In this document: positions 1-11,800 of the stretch, one piece after another
How positions within the stretch are numbered: the stretch's first letter is position 1
How the letters are laid out: every line of letters starts with the position of its first letter
Source of the DNA: Macrostomum hystrix
Lineage: Eukaryota > Animalia > Platyhelminthes
Assembly: GCA_950097015.1 (NCBI GenBank)
Contig: CATNEN010000001.1
Span: 8,928,001-8,992,000 of the forward strand
DNA length: 64,000 nucleotides
Direction of reading: 5' to 3'
The notes under the pieces: generated by a model
Databases searched by the model: none
Seen by the model: only the letters and a program-made list of their open reading frames with translations
What the model was told of the DNA's origin: nothing
Made by a program: the position numbers and the translations under genes

Positions 1-1659
1 TTCACTACGGAGATCGGCTTGCTCAAAGATAGTGGTCACTAGGGGATGAGTGGGGTGGGTGGGGGCCAACCTCCAAGGCACAGTGAAAGTGTACACTGCC
101 CGACAATGAGAAAAATTGTCACCTTGTTAAACTTCCTCAACAATGCCCAACTCACCAAAATCTGACAAAGCTGAAGATTGTTGCGTCTAGATGGCATGTG
201 CAGCACACTGGTTCCATCCAGCTCCTTCAGCTGTACGTTGGCTTTGTTGCCGAGTAGAATCTGCGAACGATTAACACAGGCTTATCACATACTTTAAGAA
301 ATGTCAGATTCTGCAGTTCCATCATTCAGACCCACCTGTACCTAAGAAATGTCAGATTCTAACCAAATTCCTGCAGTTCTATCATTCTGACCCACCTGTA
401 CCGCGGCCTCATTATTTCGTCGGCAGGCCACGTGTAGCGCAGTTTGGCCGCGATCGTCGGTGGCGTCAATCCGTACTCGCCGACTGCTCAGCAGCTCCTT
501 CAGGGCTCCAACCTGGTTGAAATTTGCCGCCACGTGCAACGGCCTGGCGCCTTCGCGGCCCTTCAAATTGACATTGGCGCCGGCCTGTATGAGTAGAGCG
601 ACAACTTCGACGCGGTCATTCTTCACAGCGTAGTGCAGGCCGCTCATCATTTGATCGTCCAGATCGGAGACCAGTGTTGAATCGTTCTTGATCAGCAGGG
701 AAACCAAGTCGGTGTTGCCTTCGCGGATTGAGTGAAAGAACTGCGTGTGGGAATGGGTATAAATTTAGTTTCTATATGGTAATACCCATCCAGGGGCGTA
801 GCAAGGGGTGAAAAAACTGTGTGACGCCCCCCTAGTAGTGGCGCTGGCGCCCACTGGTAGTGGCGCCCCCATGTGGTAGTGGCGCCCCCATGTGGTAGTG
901 GCGCCCCCATGTGGTAGTGGCGCCCCCATGTGGTAGCGGCGCCCCCATGTGGTAGCGGCGCCCCCATGTGGTAGCGGCGCCCCCATGTGGTAGCGGCGCC
1001 CCCATGTGGTAGCGGCGCCCCCATGTGGTAGCGGCGCCCCCATGTGGTAGCGGCACCCCCATGTGGTAGTGGCGCCCCCATGTGGTAGTGACGCCCATGT
1101 GGTAGTGGCGCCCCCATGTGGTAGTGACGCAACCCTTGTAGTGGCGGCCCCTTAGACGAAAATCCTGGCTACGCCAATGATACCATCCAATGTTGGGTGT
1201 AAGAAAAAATGGGCTTACTAATCTCCTCTGCTCAGTTGGAGAAAGAATCTTTAGTTGGGCCATTGAGAGGCCCTTGCTTTGTATTCTCGGCCTGACAGGT
1301 ACCCTGATGTCTTCGTCCTTCGAATTGTCTCCGCCGGCTCCGTCTTGATCGCCAGTGACGGCTGCAGTTGGGTTTGTGGCAACTAGGATAACACCGGCAG
1401 CATTGTCACCTTCACCTTTCACGCTGCCCTCCTTGGAGCCGGCCTGTCTGCTCACAAATTCACCTTGTCTGGGACCGCGCGCGCTGGCGGCCCTGCTCGC
1501 TGGCGAAGAACTTCGCGCGCTGCCAACCGAGACTGCACTCTTCGGTCGAGCTGCTCGGCTGGCGCCGGGGCCGGTATTCGCTAGATTAAACGCATCGGAA
1601 CTCGACGGCGGCGACTCCGGTGGTGGCAGTGGTGAGATGCGGTTATCCGAGACACTCAT
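1..1659 (-). CDS. Ankyrin-repeat protein, 5' part (possibly TRPA-like); continues off the window edge
   Basis: Exons 1659-1219, 740-396 and 260-156 have GT/AG ends and join in phase 0. They encode ankyrin motifs (SGLHYAV, RPLHVAA, GQTALHVAC, TSVLHMPS) after a disordered S/P/A-rich N-terminus. The TRPA identity is a guess. Confidence 0.8.
791..1179. mobile_element. hAT-like MITE in intron 1, with an internal 21-bp minisatellite
   Basis: Imperfect TIRs CAGGGGCGTAGC / GCTACGCCAATG. Flanks ATACCCATC / ATACCATC resemble an 8-bp TSD with a 1-nt difference. Internal array of GGCGCCCCCATGTGGTAG(T/C)GG. Confidence 0.7.
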
Positions 1660-2594
1660 AGGCGGTGGATCTCGAAGTATTTTTCTCTGTTTGAAAAAAG
1701 CCTTAACCTTGCACGGATGAAGCTCGTATAAAAGATAAAAGTAGCCGAGTGGAATGACAGCTTCTTAAATAGACATTTTTCTCAGTACTTGAACTCATAC
1801 CGACTCATTTCTCCGCTTCTCTCCCTCCCTTCTCTAACCTCAGTTGGCCTCAATGCTAGGCTTTCATCGCCATGTGAGCGAGTTTTGTTACTCCGAAAAC
1901 AAAGCCAAAACAAAGCCGATCTGCTCACACTGCAGTGGCCTTGAGTGTACCATAAAACCGTGCGAATCAACCCCCTCCTCCGCCGCTGCCAAAACTAATG
2001 CTGCAGACGCTGCGGCCATTGTGTTTTGCGCATCGTTTCTTTGCTCAAAGCTGGAGCGACAGTATGTTCGTTGGATAAGTGTTTTCTTTGTCTCAGCGGC
2101 AGTATTTTTTTCTTTTGGATCATTTTTAAGTGGACGCCTATGAAAAGTTTGATGTGAAATCTGCTGAGTCAAAGTAGCTCAGTGCACCTGTGTATCCAGG
2201 CGCTGAATCACGCAAAGGTGCTTTTAAGCTTAAGAAAGAGCTTGTCATCCGAGTGTACACCAATTGGTCTTCGATAACCCTAGCGAACAATTAGCGAACA
2301 AATGAATAGATTTTTCTTTTAGACCTCATTGTCACACAAAAGTCTTTGTATAAAAAAAGAACAACTCTCCACAGTTGAAGTGGACTTCAAGGCGTTTAGT
2401 ATTTTGTTTAAATTACTATATTACTATTTAATAGTACCACTTGAAAAACGAGAGACAGTCAAAGGACCTACGATGAAAAAATTACATATACACACGTACA
2501 CTGTAATATTATAACTTGCTAGCATATTACAAACATTTTTCTTTTTTTCCTGTATCTCCTAAAATATTCAACCAGATATTCACGATGTCGACTT

Positions 2595-4322
2595 CTAGAG
2601 CTACGATTCCTGCTGCGATTCTATAGCTACGATTCCTACTGCGATTCTATAGCTACGATTCCTGCTGCGATTCTATAGCTACGATTCCTACTGCGATTCT
2701 ATAGCTACGATTCCCACTGCGATTCTATAGCTACGATTCCTACTGCGTTTCTATAGCTACGATTCCTACTGCGTTTCTAAAGCTACAATTCCTGCTGCGA
2801 TTCTATAGCTACGATTCCCACTGCGATTCTATAGCTACGATTCCTACTGCGATTCTATAGCTACGATTCCCACTGCGATTCTATAGCTACGATTCCTGCT
2901 GCGATTCTATAGCTACGATTCCTACTGCGATTCTATAGCTATGATTCCTGCTGCGTTTCTAAAGCTACGATTCCTGCTGCGATTCTATAGCTACGATTCC
3001 TGCTGCGATTCTATAGCTACGATTCCTGCTGCGATTCTATAGCTACGATTCCTGCTGCGATTCTATAGCTACGATTCCTACTGCGATTCTATAGCTACGA
3101 TTCCTGCTGCGATTCTATAGCTACGATACTTGCTGCGATTCTATAGCTACGATTCCTACTGCGATTCTATAGCTACGATTCCTGCTGCGATTCTATAGCT
3201 ACGATTCCTGCTGCGATTCTATAGCTACGATTCCTACTGCGTTTCTAAAGCTACGATTCCTGCTGCGATTCTATGGCTACGATTCCTGCTGCGATTCTAG
3301 AGCTACGATTCCTGCTGCGATTCTATAGCTACGATTCCTGCTGCGATTCTATAGCTACGATTCCTGCTGCGTTTCTAAAGCTACGATTCCTGCTGCGATT
3401 CTATAGCTACGATTCCTGCTGCGATTCTATAGCTACGATTCCTGCTGCGATTCTATAGCTACGATTTCTGCTGCGATTCTATGGCTATCTTTCCTACTTT
3501 GATTTTATAGCTACGATTCCTACTGCGATTCTATAGCTACGATTCCTGCTGCGATTCTATAGCTACGATTCCTACTGCGATTCTATGGCTATGTTTCCTA
3601 CTTTGATTTTATAGCTACGATTCCTGCTGCGATTCTATAGCTACGATACTTGCTGCGATTCTATAGCTACGATTCCTGCTGCGATTCTATAGCTACGATT
3701 CTTGCTGCGATTCTATAGCTACGATTTCTGCTGCGATTCTATGGCTATCTTTCCTACTTTGATTTTATAGCTACGATTCCTACTGCGATTCTATAGCTAC
3801 GATTCCTGCTGCGATTCTATAGCTACGATTCCTGCTGCGATTCTATAGCTACGATACTTGCTGCGATTCTATAGCTACGATTCCTGCTGCGATTCTATAG
3901 CTACGATTCTTGCTGTGATTCTTGAGCTTCGTTTCCTGCTTTGATTTTATAGCTACGATTCCTGCTGCGATTCTAGAGTTACGATTCCTGCTGCGATTCT
4001 ATAGCTACGATTCCTACTGCGTATCTAAAGCTACGATTCCTGCTGCGATTCTATAGCTACGATACTTGCTGCGATTCTATAGCTACGATTCCTGCTGCGA
4101 TTCTATAGCTACGATTCTTGCTGTGATTCTTGAGCTTCGTTTCCTGCTTTGATTTTATAGCTACGATTCCTGCTGCGATTCTAGAGTTACGATTCCTGCT
4201 GCGATTCTATAGCTACGATTCCTACTGCGTATCTAAAGCTACGATTCCTGCTGCGATTCTATAGCTACTATTCCTACTGCGTTTCTAAAGCTACGATTCC
4301 TACTGCGATTCTAAAGCTACGA
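2595..4322. repeat. 26-bp minisatellite (CTATAGCTACGATTCCTGCTGCGATT)n
   Basis: Direct tandem repeat of roughly 65 units. Confidence 0.95.
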
Positions 4323-4601
4323 GTCTCGCCGTGATTCTGTCAACAACTTGTAAAAAGTATCAATCATACCATCCGTTTTTTAGTCCAATGAAGAATGTCA
4401 CGTTTGAGTTTTGTAGATGAATACTTTTGAGTATTTATTTTTGCTTTTTGCGTTAGCAGGTAAATGTTTAATTTCGGCTTTTATTAATAAACAAAATATT
4501 TTTACAGGTAATCGTTATTAGGTTCTTTCATACCTTCACTCGGGATAGGTTAAATTAATAAGTATGATGCTCGTAAAAAAATATTCCGTCAAAAAATACT
4601 C

Positions 4602-4958
4602 TCAGTCACTCTGGCAGTCACTCTGTCAGTCACTCTGGCAGACACTCTGATAATCACTCTGGCAGACACTCTGATAATCACTCTGGCAGACACTCTGATA
4701 ATCACTCTGGCTGTCACTCTGGCAGTCACTCTGGCAGTCACTCTGATAATCACTCTGGCAGTCACTCTGATAATCACTCTGGCAGTCAATCTGATAATCA
4801 CTCTCGCAGTCACTCTGATAATCACTCCGGCAGTCACTCTGATAATCACTCTGGCAGTCAATCTGATAATCACTCTCGCAGTCACTCTGATAATCACTCT
4901 GGCAGTCACTCCGGCAGTCACTCTGATAATCACTCTGCCAGTCACTCCGGCAGTCACT
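4602..4958. repeat. 12/24-bp minisatellite (CAGTCACTCTGG / TAATCACTCTGG)
   Basis: Tandem repeat abutting the stop codon at 4958-4960. Confidence 0.9.
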
Positions 4959-5760
4959 CAGTCGGCTTCAGCTGTGTACTTCTCCGGCAGACCCTCCGAA
5001 ATCTCCAAGACAAGCTCCTGGTTGATTGGCAGCCGGCCAACCCCAGCTCCTTTGGCAGCCTTCAACAAGTCGAAGCAGCAGTCGAGCAGTCTGGAGCACA
5101 GCTTGTGCAGCTCGCTGATTTTAAACTCCAAAGCCTTCACATACTGCAGGCAGTAGGCAGCGTCCAAGGCTGCCTTCTTCGTGGCCCACATGTCGCGGAT
5201 TTGCCCAGTCAGCTGAAACAGAAGGTTGAAGGTCTGCCTATCTGTCTGTCTGTCTGTCTGTCCTAGTGTCTGTCTGTCTGTCTGTCCTCACCGAGAGCAT
5301 CTGTCCAGCAAAGGAGGTCATGTGTCCTTCAAGCTGACTCGTCACGTCGCCTCTTCGTCGTCGAAGATCTCCGCATAGTTCGCCGAATTTGTCCAAGCCA
5401 TCCCTTAGTCGTTGGAGCTTGTGAAACCTTGCCAGATGAGCCAGGGTTGGTTTATAGGGCGGCAGAATTGACTTTGAACTGCTGCTCTTGCTGTCGCCTG
5501 CGTCAGCTGGGACGCTTTTGTCTCGAAGCCGATTTAAAAAATGTTTATCAATAGCCTCGGTTGCCAGGGTGAGATTCTCCATGGCAACTTGGAGTGGATC
5601 TCGTGGTGCTTGAGAATCGTTTGGCATCTCACGGCCTCTGCTTCACTTCTGTATCTGAGCTGAGGGTTGTAGGGCCACACTAAATTGTCTTCTGCTTCTA
5701 GTTGAAAGCTTACTTTTATGAGCTTTGAGTTTTCATACCAGCATAAATTTTTTCTCAAGA
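4958..5760 (-). CDS. Uncharacterised, probably helical protein; 3' exons, 5' structure unresolved
   Basis: Exon ending at 5292 (QMLS, GTGAG donor) joins in phase 0 to exon 5212-4958 (TTTCAG acceptor, LTGQIRDMW...EAD*). A possible first exon lies at 6855-6815, but no consistent splice path to it was found. Confidence 0.55.
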
Positions 5761-6117
5761 TCTGTTAAGAACTGAGAAGAATAAGTTTCAATGTATTTGT
5801 CTCCAACTGACTGTCGATTTCGAATCGATTGGTTTTAAAAGGCTGGTGTACAAATTGTGTACGTTGTCCTCTTACGTTGTACTCTTGTCTAAAATATTAG
5901 AATTTTAAGTACTCCAATATTTTGCTGTTTGTATTTTTTCGAAACACAATTAAGAAAACACATTTTTTATTTTCATTAGCACTGAGAAATTTATTTCGGA
6001 TTTTTTATATTATATTTTTTGAGAGGTACTTCAAGTAGTAAAATTGGACTACATGATTGAAACTACCAGATTGAGTAGATGATCGTAGATAGGACAGAGT
6101 GATGTGTAAGATATGAC

Positions 6118-6598
6118 AGTGGGAGAAAGAATGTGAGAATCGGGGTAGTCAGAGGAGGGAGAAAGAATGTGAGAATTGGGGCAGTCAGAGGGGAGAAAGA
6201 ATTTGAGAATTGGGGCAGTCAGAGGAGGGAGAAAGAATGTGAGAATTGGGGCAGTCAGAGGGGAGAAAGAATGTGAGAATTGGGGCAGTCAGAGGGGAGA
6301 AAGAATGTGAGAATTGTGGTAGTCAGAGGGGGTAGAAAGAATGTGAGAATTGGGGCAGTCAGAGGGGGGAGAAAGAATGTGAGAATTGGGGCAGTCAGAG
6401 GAGGAGAAAGAATGTGAGAATTGGGGCAGTCAGAGGGGGAGAAAGAATGTGAGAATTGGGACAGTCAGAGGGGGAGAAAGAATGTGAGAATTGGGGCAGT
6501 CAGAGGGGAGAAAGAATGTGAGAATTGGGGCAGTCAGAGGGGGATAAAGAATGTGAGAATTGGGACAGTCAGAGGGGGAGAAAGAATGTGAGAATTGG
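6118..6598. repeat. ~35-38-bp minisatellite (GAGAAAGAATGTGAGAATTGGGGCAGTCAGAGGGG)n
   Basis: Tandem repeat. Confidence 0.9.
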
Positions 6599-7032
6599 GT
6601 GGCCCACATGTACCTAATGATCAATTTATTTTTCTCATTACCGATTCGGTTTCGTGAGCAGAAAATCTGAATTGCACGCAATGACCAAAACTTATACCTG
6701 CTTCCAATTAACGGCCCGATTCTGAATTATCGGTTATTTGCACCGATAAAACTGACAAATTAAAGTCACAGCATAGTCAGAAATCTCTGATAAACTGTTG
6801 GTTAGAAAGATTACTCAGTAAGTGGTAGCGAGATACTCAGCAGCAATTTGCTCATAATGTGGTTATGTCCGACGATAGAAACGTCAAAAAAAGAACGAGA
6901 ATTAATAAGAATAAGTAAATACATATGTAGTAGCATCGGCGTGAATACCAGATAAACTGTAAGACATCTTAAATTCACATGTAGTTTCAAAAAGACACTG
7001 AAGATAATTGTAACAGAGATAAATAAGATAAT

Positions 7033-7637
7033 TGTGACGTTGTCACTTGTTGCAAGCGCCCCTATGAATTTAATTTACGCGTTAATTTACGTAGCTAATT
7101 TACATGCGTACTAACCTGGGCCGTTTAACTAATGTTATTTAACTTCATCGACTTCTGCGGTTTCGTATAATTGTTTAAAATTGTTAGAGTACTACTGTAA
7201 GTAGACGTCAATGTACATCGCGCCACCCTAACTTATTTTCTACGCGTGTTTCAATGTTAGCTACCCCGGCCAATGAGCGTGCGAGCTCTTTCTGGCTAGA
7301 TTTATCGATCGCTCTGTTTATCCTGCGTGCGAGTTTATTTAACTAGGGTTCCTGAGCCCGCTCGCGCCTGACTGCTCCGTACTGTCTCGCTCTTCCCTTC
7401 GCTCGCTGTCTCTCGTCCCGGCCACTGTTAATTGTACTGTTATTCGTCCTATCATTTGTCTTCACTACTAGTTATTGTTACCATTGAGCTCCTACGCCTG
7501 ACCAATCATTGCTTGTCGTAAGTCCCAGTGCGAATAAACGAGATCAATCTAAAGTGCTACCGCTACACTGATTACGAGAATTTTAACTAAAATTTGGGAT
7601 TGAGTTCGACGACTCTGTTGCCAGTCATTTCGTCACA
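7033..7637. mobile_element. Solo LTR (605 bp)
   Basis: Termini TGTGACG...CGTCACA are inverted. 4-bp TSD TAAT at 7029-7032 and 7638-7641. Internal AATAAA near 7533. Confidence 0.8.
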
Positions 7638-8871
7638 TAATTATGGCTTTCATACATGTACCAAAAATAGAAGTATAAACCTTTTCTTTTTTTAATCCTT
7701 TTTAGCTTAAATTAGATTCTTCGATATATAATTTAATAGAGACGAAAATATAACCGACCCGGAGTTTTTGGAAAATATGGCATTTTTAGAATTAGTTTCT
7801 AACAAACTTATCTATATTTTTGCTTAAATAACTAAAAAGTATCGTTTCGTACATTAAATTTCGATCTCATAAATTCTATCACTTCAAACTTCACATTGAT
7901 TTCTTCCGCGCCGTGAAATAAAGTCATTTAAACAAATTGCCGAAAATATTTTTTTTGTAAAAAAAATTCTTCACAGACAAAGAAGTGCACAGCGTGCTTT
8001 ATTAAATATGATTACACACTTTTTAATATGTTTATTTGATTAGTACGTATACTTTCTATTGCTTTTTACGAAATGTTAGTTTAAGTCGTTTGAATTAGCT
8101 AATGTTTGCAAGCATTATGCATATAGGTTTGCGAATTTGACCATTTTTTATAAATAGTCACCAGGTCGACAGATTTTTTATAGCTGACGACAACAAGTGC
8201 ATTGTTTAAAAAACTCATCAGTATAAAGCAGTGCCCAGTTAAGTGAAAATATTCCTCTTTCACGATTAAAGTACATAACAATAAATTAAATGAAAGAAGT
8301 AATTCTTTTGGAATGTTTCATACGCTACTTAATATAATATATTAAAACAGGACGGAAACAGTGCGAAAAGACAAAAATCTATGCAAATAAGTTTAGCTAT
8401 TATGATACAAAATATTAACTAAAATAGTTTGTTTAACTTCATTCAATCGTCAAGTTCATATATCACAAGTTTTGCTTTTATCGAAATTTCAAGGAGTAGA
8501 AATTAGACGAGCTAAATACAAGCTAAGTTTGCTTTTAGTAGCTAGGACTGTTACATTAGAATAAGAATTTAGACTTTGTTAGAATAATAAAGATACTTTA
8601 AGAAGTAAAATTTACGGAACAATCTACAGCTAGATTCTGATCCAAAATATGGTATCAAATTATTGTTTTCCTGGAACTTTTTTCTAATTGGTAATCTTAA
8701 TTATCACTGAATATATCCAAAACACTCAACTACATCATGTTCTGTTTTAATTAATTTTCTTATTAGCATTTAAAGAAAGGAAAAACGATTAATTAAATTT
8801 TTCAAAAAAGAGTTTTTTGTTTATTAGACGTTCTCGATAAAAATCGAATTATAAACCAAAGGGGACTTAAT

Positions 8872-11800
8872 CTACTGCTCATCGATCGACTCGGCAATCT
8901 CATCATCTTCATCCTGCGCGCCGCCACCGATTGGCGCCGTTGAACCAAAACGCGTCGGCGGTGCGTAAGGCACCCCAGCTGCTTTGTGCACCCGTTCCAG
9001 AGTGCGCGGATGAACAAACGATGCCAAATTGGCTTTGGGACCGAGGCGCGACTTCATCTCCTCCAGGATGCTGTATGCCTGCATTAGGTCGAGGGTTTTA
9101 GTTCGAATGGATTGCTAAACTAACCTTCAATAGATGAATAAATAGAATGGATTGCTAGTCTAGCCTCCAATAGATGAATAAATAGAATGGATTGCTAGAC
9201 TAGCCTCCAATGAGTGAATGAATAAAACGGATTGCTAGTCTAGCCTTCAATGAGTGAATGAATAAAACGGATTGCTAGTCTAGCCTTCAATGAGTGAATG
9301 AATAAAACGGATTGCTAGTCTAGCCTTCAATGAGTGAATGAATAAAACGGATTGCTAGTCTAGCCTTCAATGAGTCAAGGAATACAATGGATTGCTAGTC
9401 TAGCCTCCAATGAGTCAAGGAATACTATGGATTGCTAGTCTAGCCTCCAATGAGTCAAGGAATACAATGGATTGCTAGTCTAGCCTCCAATGAGTCAAGG
9501 AATACTATGGATTGCTAGTCTAGCCTCCAATGAGTCAAGGAATACAATGGATTGCTAGTCTAGCCTCCAATGAGTCAAGGAATACTATGGATTGCTAGTC
9601 TAGCCTCCAATGAGTCAAGGAATACTATGGATTGCTAGTCTAGCCTCCAATGAGTCAAGGAATACAATGGATTGCTAGTCTAGCCTCCAATGAGTCAAGG
9701 AATACTATGGATTGCTAGTCTAGCCTCCAATGAGTCAAGGAATACAATGGATTGCTAGCCTAGCCAGTCACTCACGGCCTTCTCCCGACCAGTGTTGGCC
9801 AGGTGGTTGATCATGGCAGCATAGGCGTCGCCAAGCCTCACAAATCCAGGATTGCTGGGAAATTCCTGGATGAACTGTTGCGTGGCTTTGAGTGCCTCGT
9901 CTCTGCTAGTCTTGTACGCTCTGAAGATTTAGTATGAAAGGTCTAGTATAATGCCTTAAATTTGTTTGAATAGACGAAAAAGAAGAAAAAGTGACTCACG
10001 CTTGAATATCAGCGAATTTCTTCACCAAGATGGTCTTGATCTTCAGGTCATCAAGAGCGTCCTCGTTTGCTGTGCCCTGCTCAACACCCTTGCTCAGGGT
10101 CTTGAGTGCTTCGGCCAGAGCTCCGAGAGCTTTAGAATAATCCTGCGAGGAATGAGACATATTCTTGTTTGTGTTCTAATATTTACGAGTACAATAGAAT
10201 TGAGAAAATTCCTAGAAACTATAATCCGAAAAATTCTGAAAAATCTAGAAGATATTACGAAATTTTGACGATTCGTATTAAAAAAGACTTAGTCAGTTAT
10301 GGCAACAAATAACTATAGTAAGAATTAAAGAAATTCTGAAGATTTATTCATTCTGAGCAAGAAATTCAAAATACTTCGGAAAATTCAAAGGATTAAAAAA
10401 TTAAAGACATAAAAAACAGCCGAAGATTCCAAAAAAATCAGAAGATTCCAAGAAACTCTGAAGATTCTAAGAAACCTAAAATATTCTAAGAAACTCTGAC
10501 GATTCCAAGAAACTCGAAAGATTCCAAGATTCCAGATTCCAAGAACTCAGAAGATTCTAAGATACTCATAAGATTCCAAGAAACTCAGAAAATTCCAAGA
10601 AACTCAGAAGATTCCAAGAAACTCGGAAGATTCCAAGAAACTCAGAAGATTCCAAGAAACTCTGAAGATTCCAAGAAACCTAAAATATTCTAAGAAACTC
10701 TGACGATTCCAAGAAACTCGAAAGATTCCAAGATTCCAGATTCCAAGAAACTCTGAAGATTCCAAGAAACTCTGAAAATTCCAAGAAACTCAGAAGATTC
10801 CAAGAAACTCGGAAGATTGCAAGAAACTCTGAAGATTCCAAGAAACCTAAAATATTCTAAGAAACTCTGACGAGTCCAAGAAACTCTGACGAGTCCAAGA
10901 AACTCTGAAAATTCCAAGAAACTCGAAAGATTCCAAGATTCCAGATTCCAAGAAACTCAGACGATTCTAAGATACTCATAAGATTCCAAGAAACTCAGAA
11001 GATTCCGGGAGATGCTAAATTTTCCGAGAAATGTACCTGAAACTCTTCAATCTCCAATTGAGCACAGGACTGATAAAAGTTTGCCAGCGAGTCCAAAGCT
11101 TTCCCCCTGCTGTAGAACTGCACAATGGATTTCATAATTTCTGGATTTTGCTGCCAGTTGAGTGTCTGCAAATAATTGGCCGCCATCACGTAGATTTCCT
11201 TCTGCTTGGAGACATTAGCAAAGAAGATGATTTTCTCCGTGTCTCCCGACTTTAGCAAGCATTTCATTGCTTTCAATCGATTGCCGAGCTGGCTAAATTT
11301 CTTGCAAGCCATGTGATAATTGCGCTGCTGAAAGCACAGCTCGGCAATATCCTCGAGAATTCTCAATCGTTCCGGTTCGCCAATCTCGCCCTTCTCTGGC
11401 GTGAGCGACTCGGCTAATTCCTCAGACATTGGCACATTGTGCTCGGTGCACAGGCGAACAGCCAATTGGAATTGTCTGCCAGCGCCCAGCAGGGTGACCG
11501 CCCTGTCAAACTGATTGTTTTCCATGAAAAATTCGGCGCATTTCTGCAACAGGGCCGGGTCAGTTTTGTGATCCAATTGGCGCGAGATGTGCTCAAGGGC
11601 GCCGAACTGTTTGGACCGGAATGCCAAGTCGACCGCGTGACTGGCGTGCCCGGATTTCTGGTAGAGCAGGATGGCTTTGTCAGCGAGCTCCGGGTGGTTC
11701 AACTCGAGATAGCGGGCGGCATCCAGCATGTCGTCGGGGCGAGCCAGCATTGCCAGGTTGACCAGCTGGTCAAGCAGCCCCTTGATTGGTTTGAAAACGG

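Noticed and set aside
692-1132. Repetitive ORFs (HMGAPLPHGG...)
   Set aside because: These are translations of the 21-bp minisatellite inside an intronic MITE.
5575-5590. RFX X-box-like CTCCATGGCAAC as an IFT140 regulator
   Set aside because: It lies in the coding sequence of another gene, about 17 kb from the IFT140 start.
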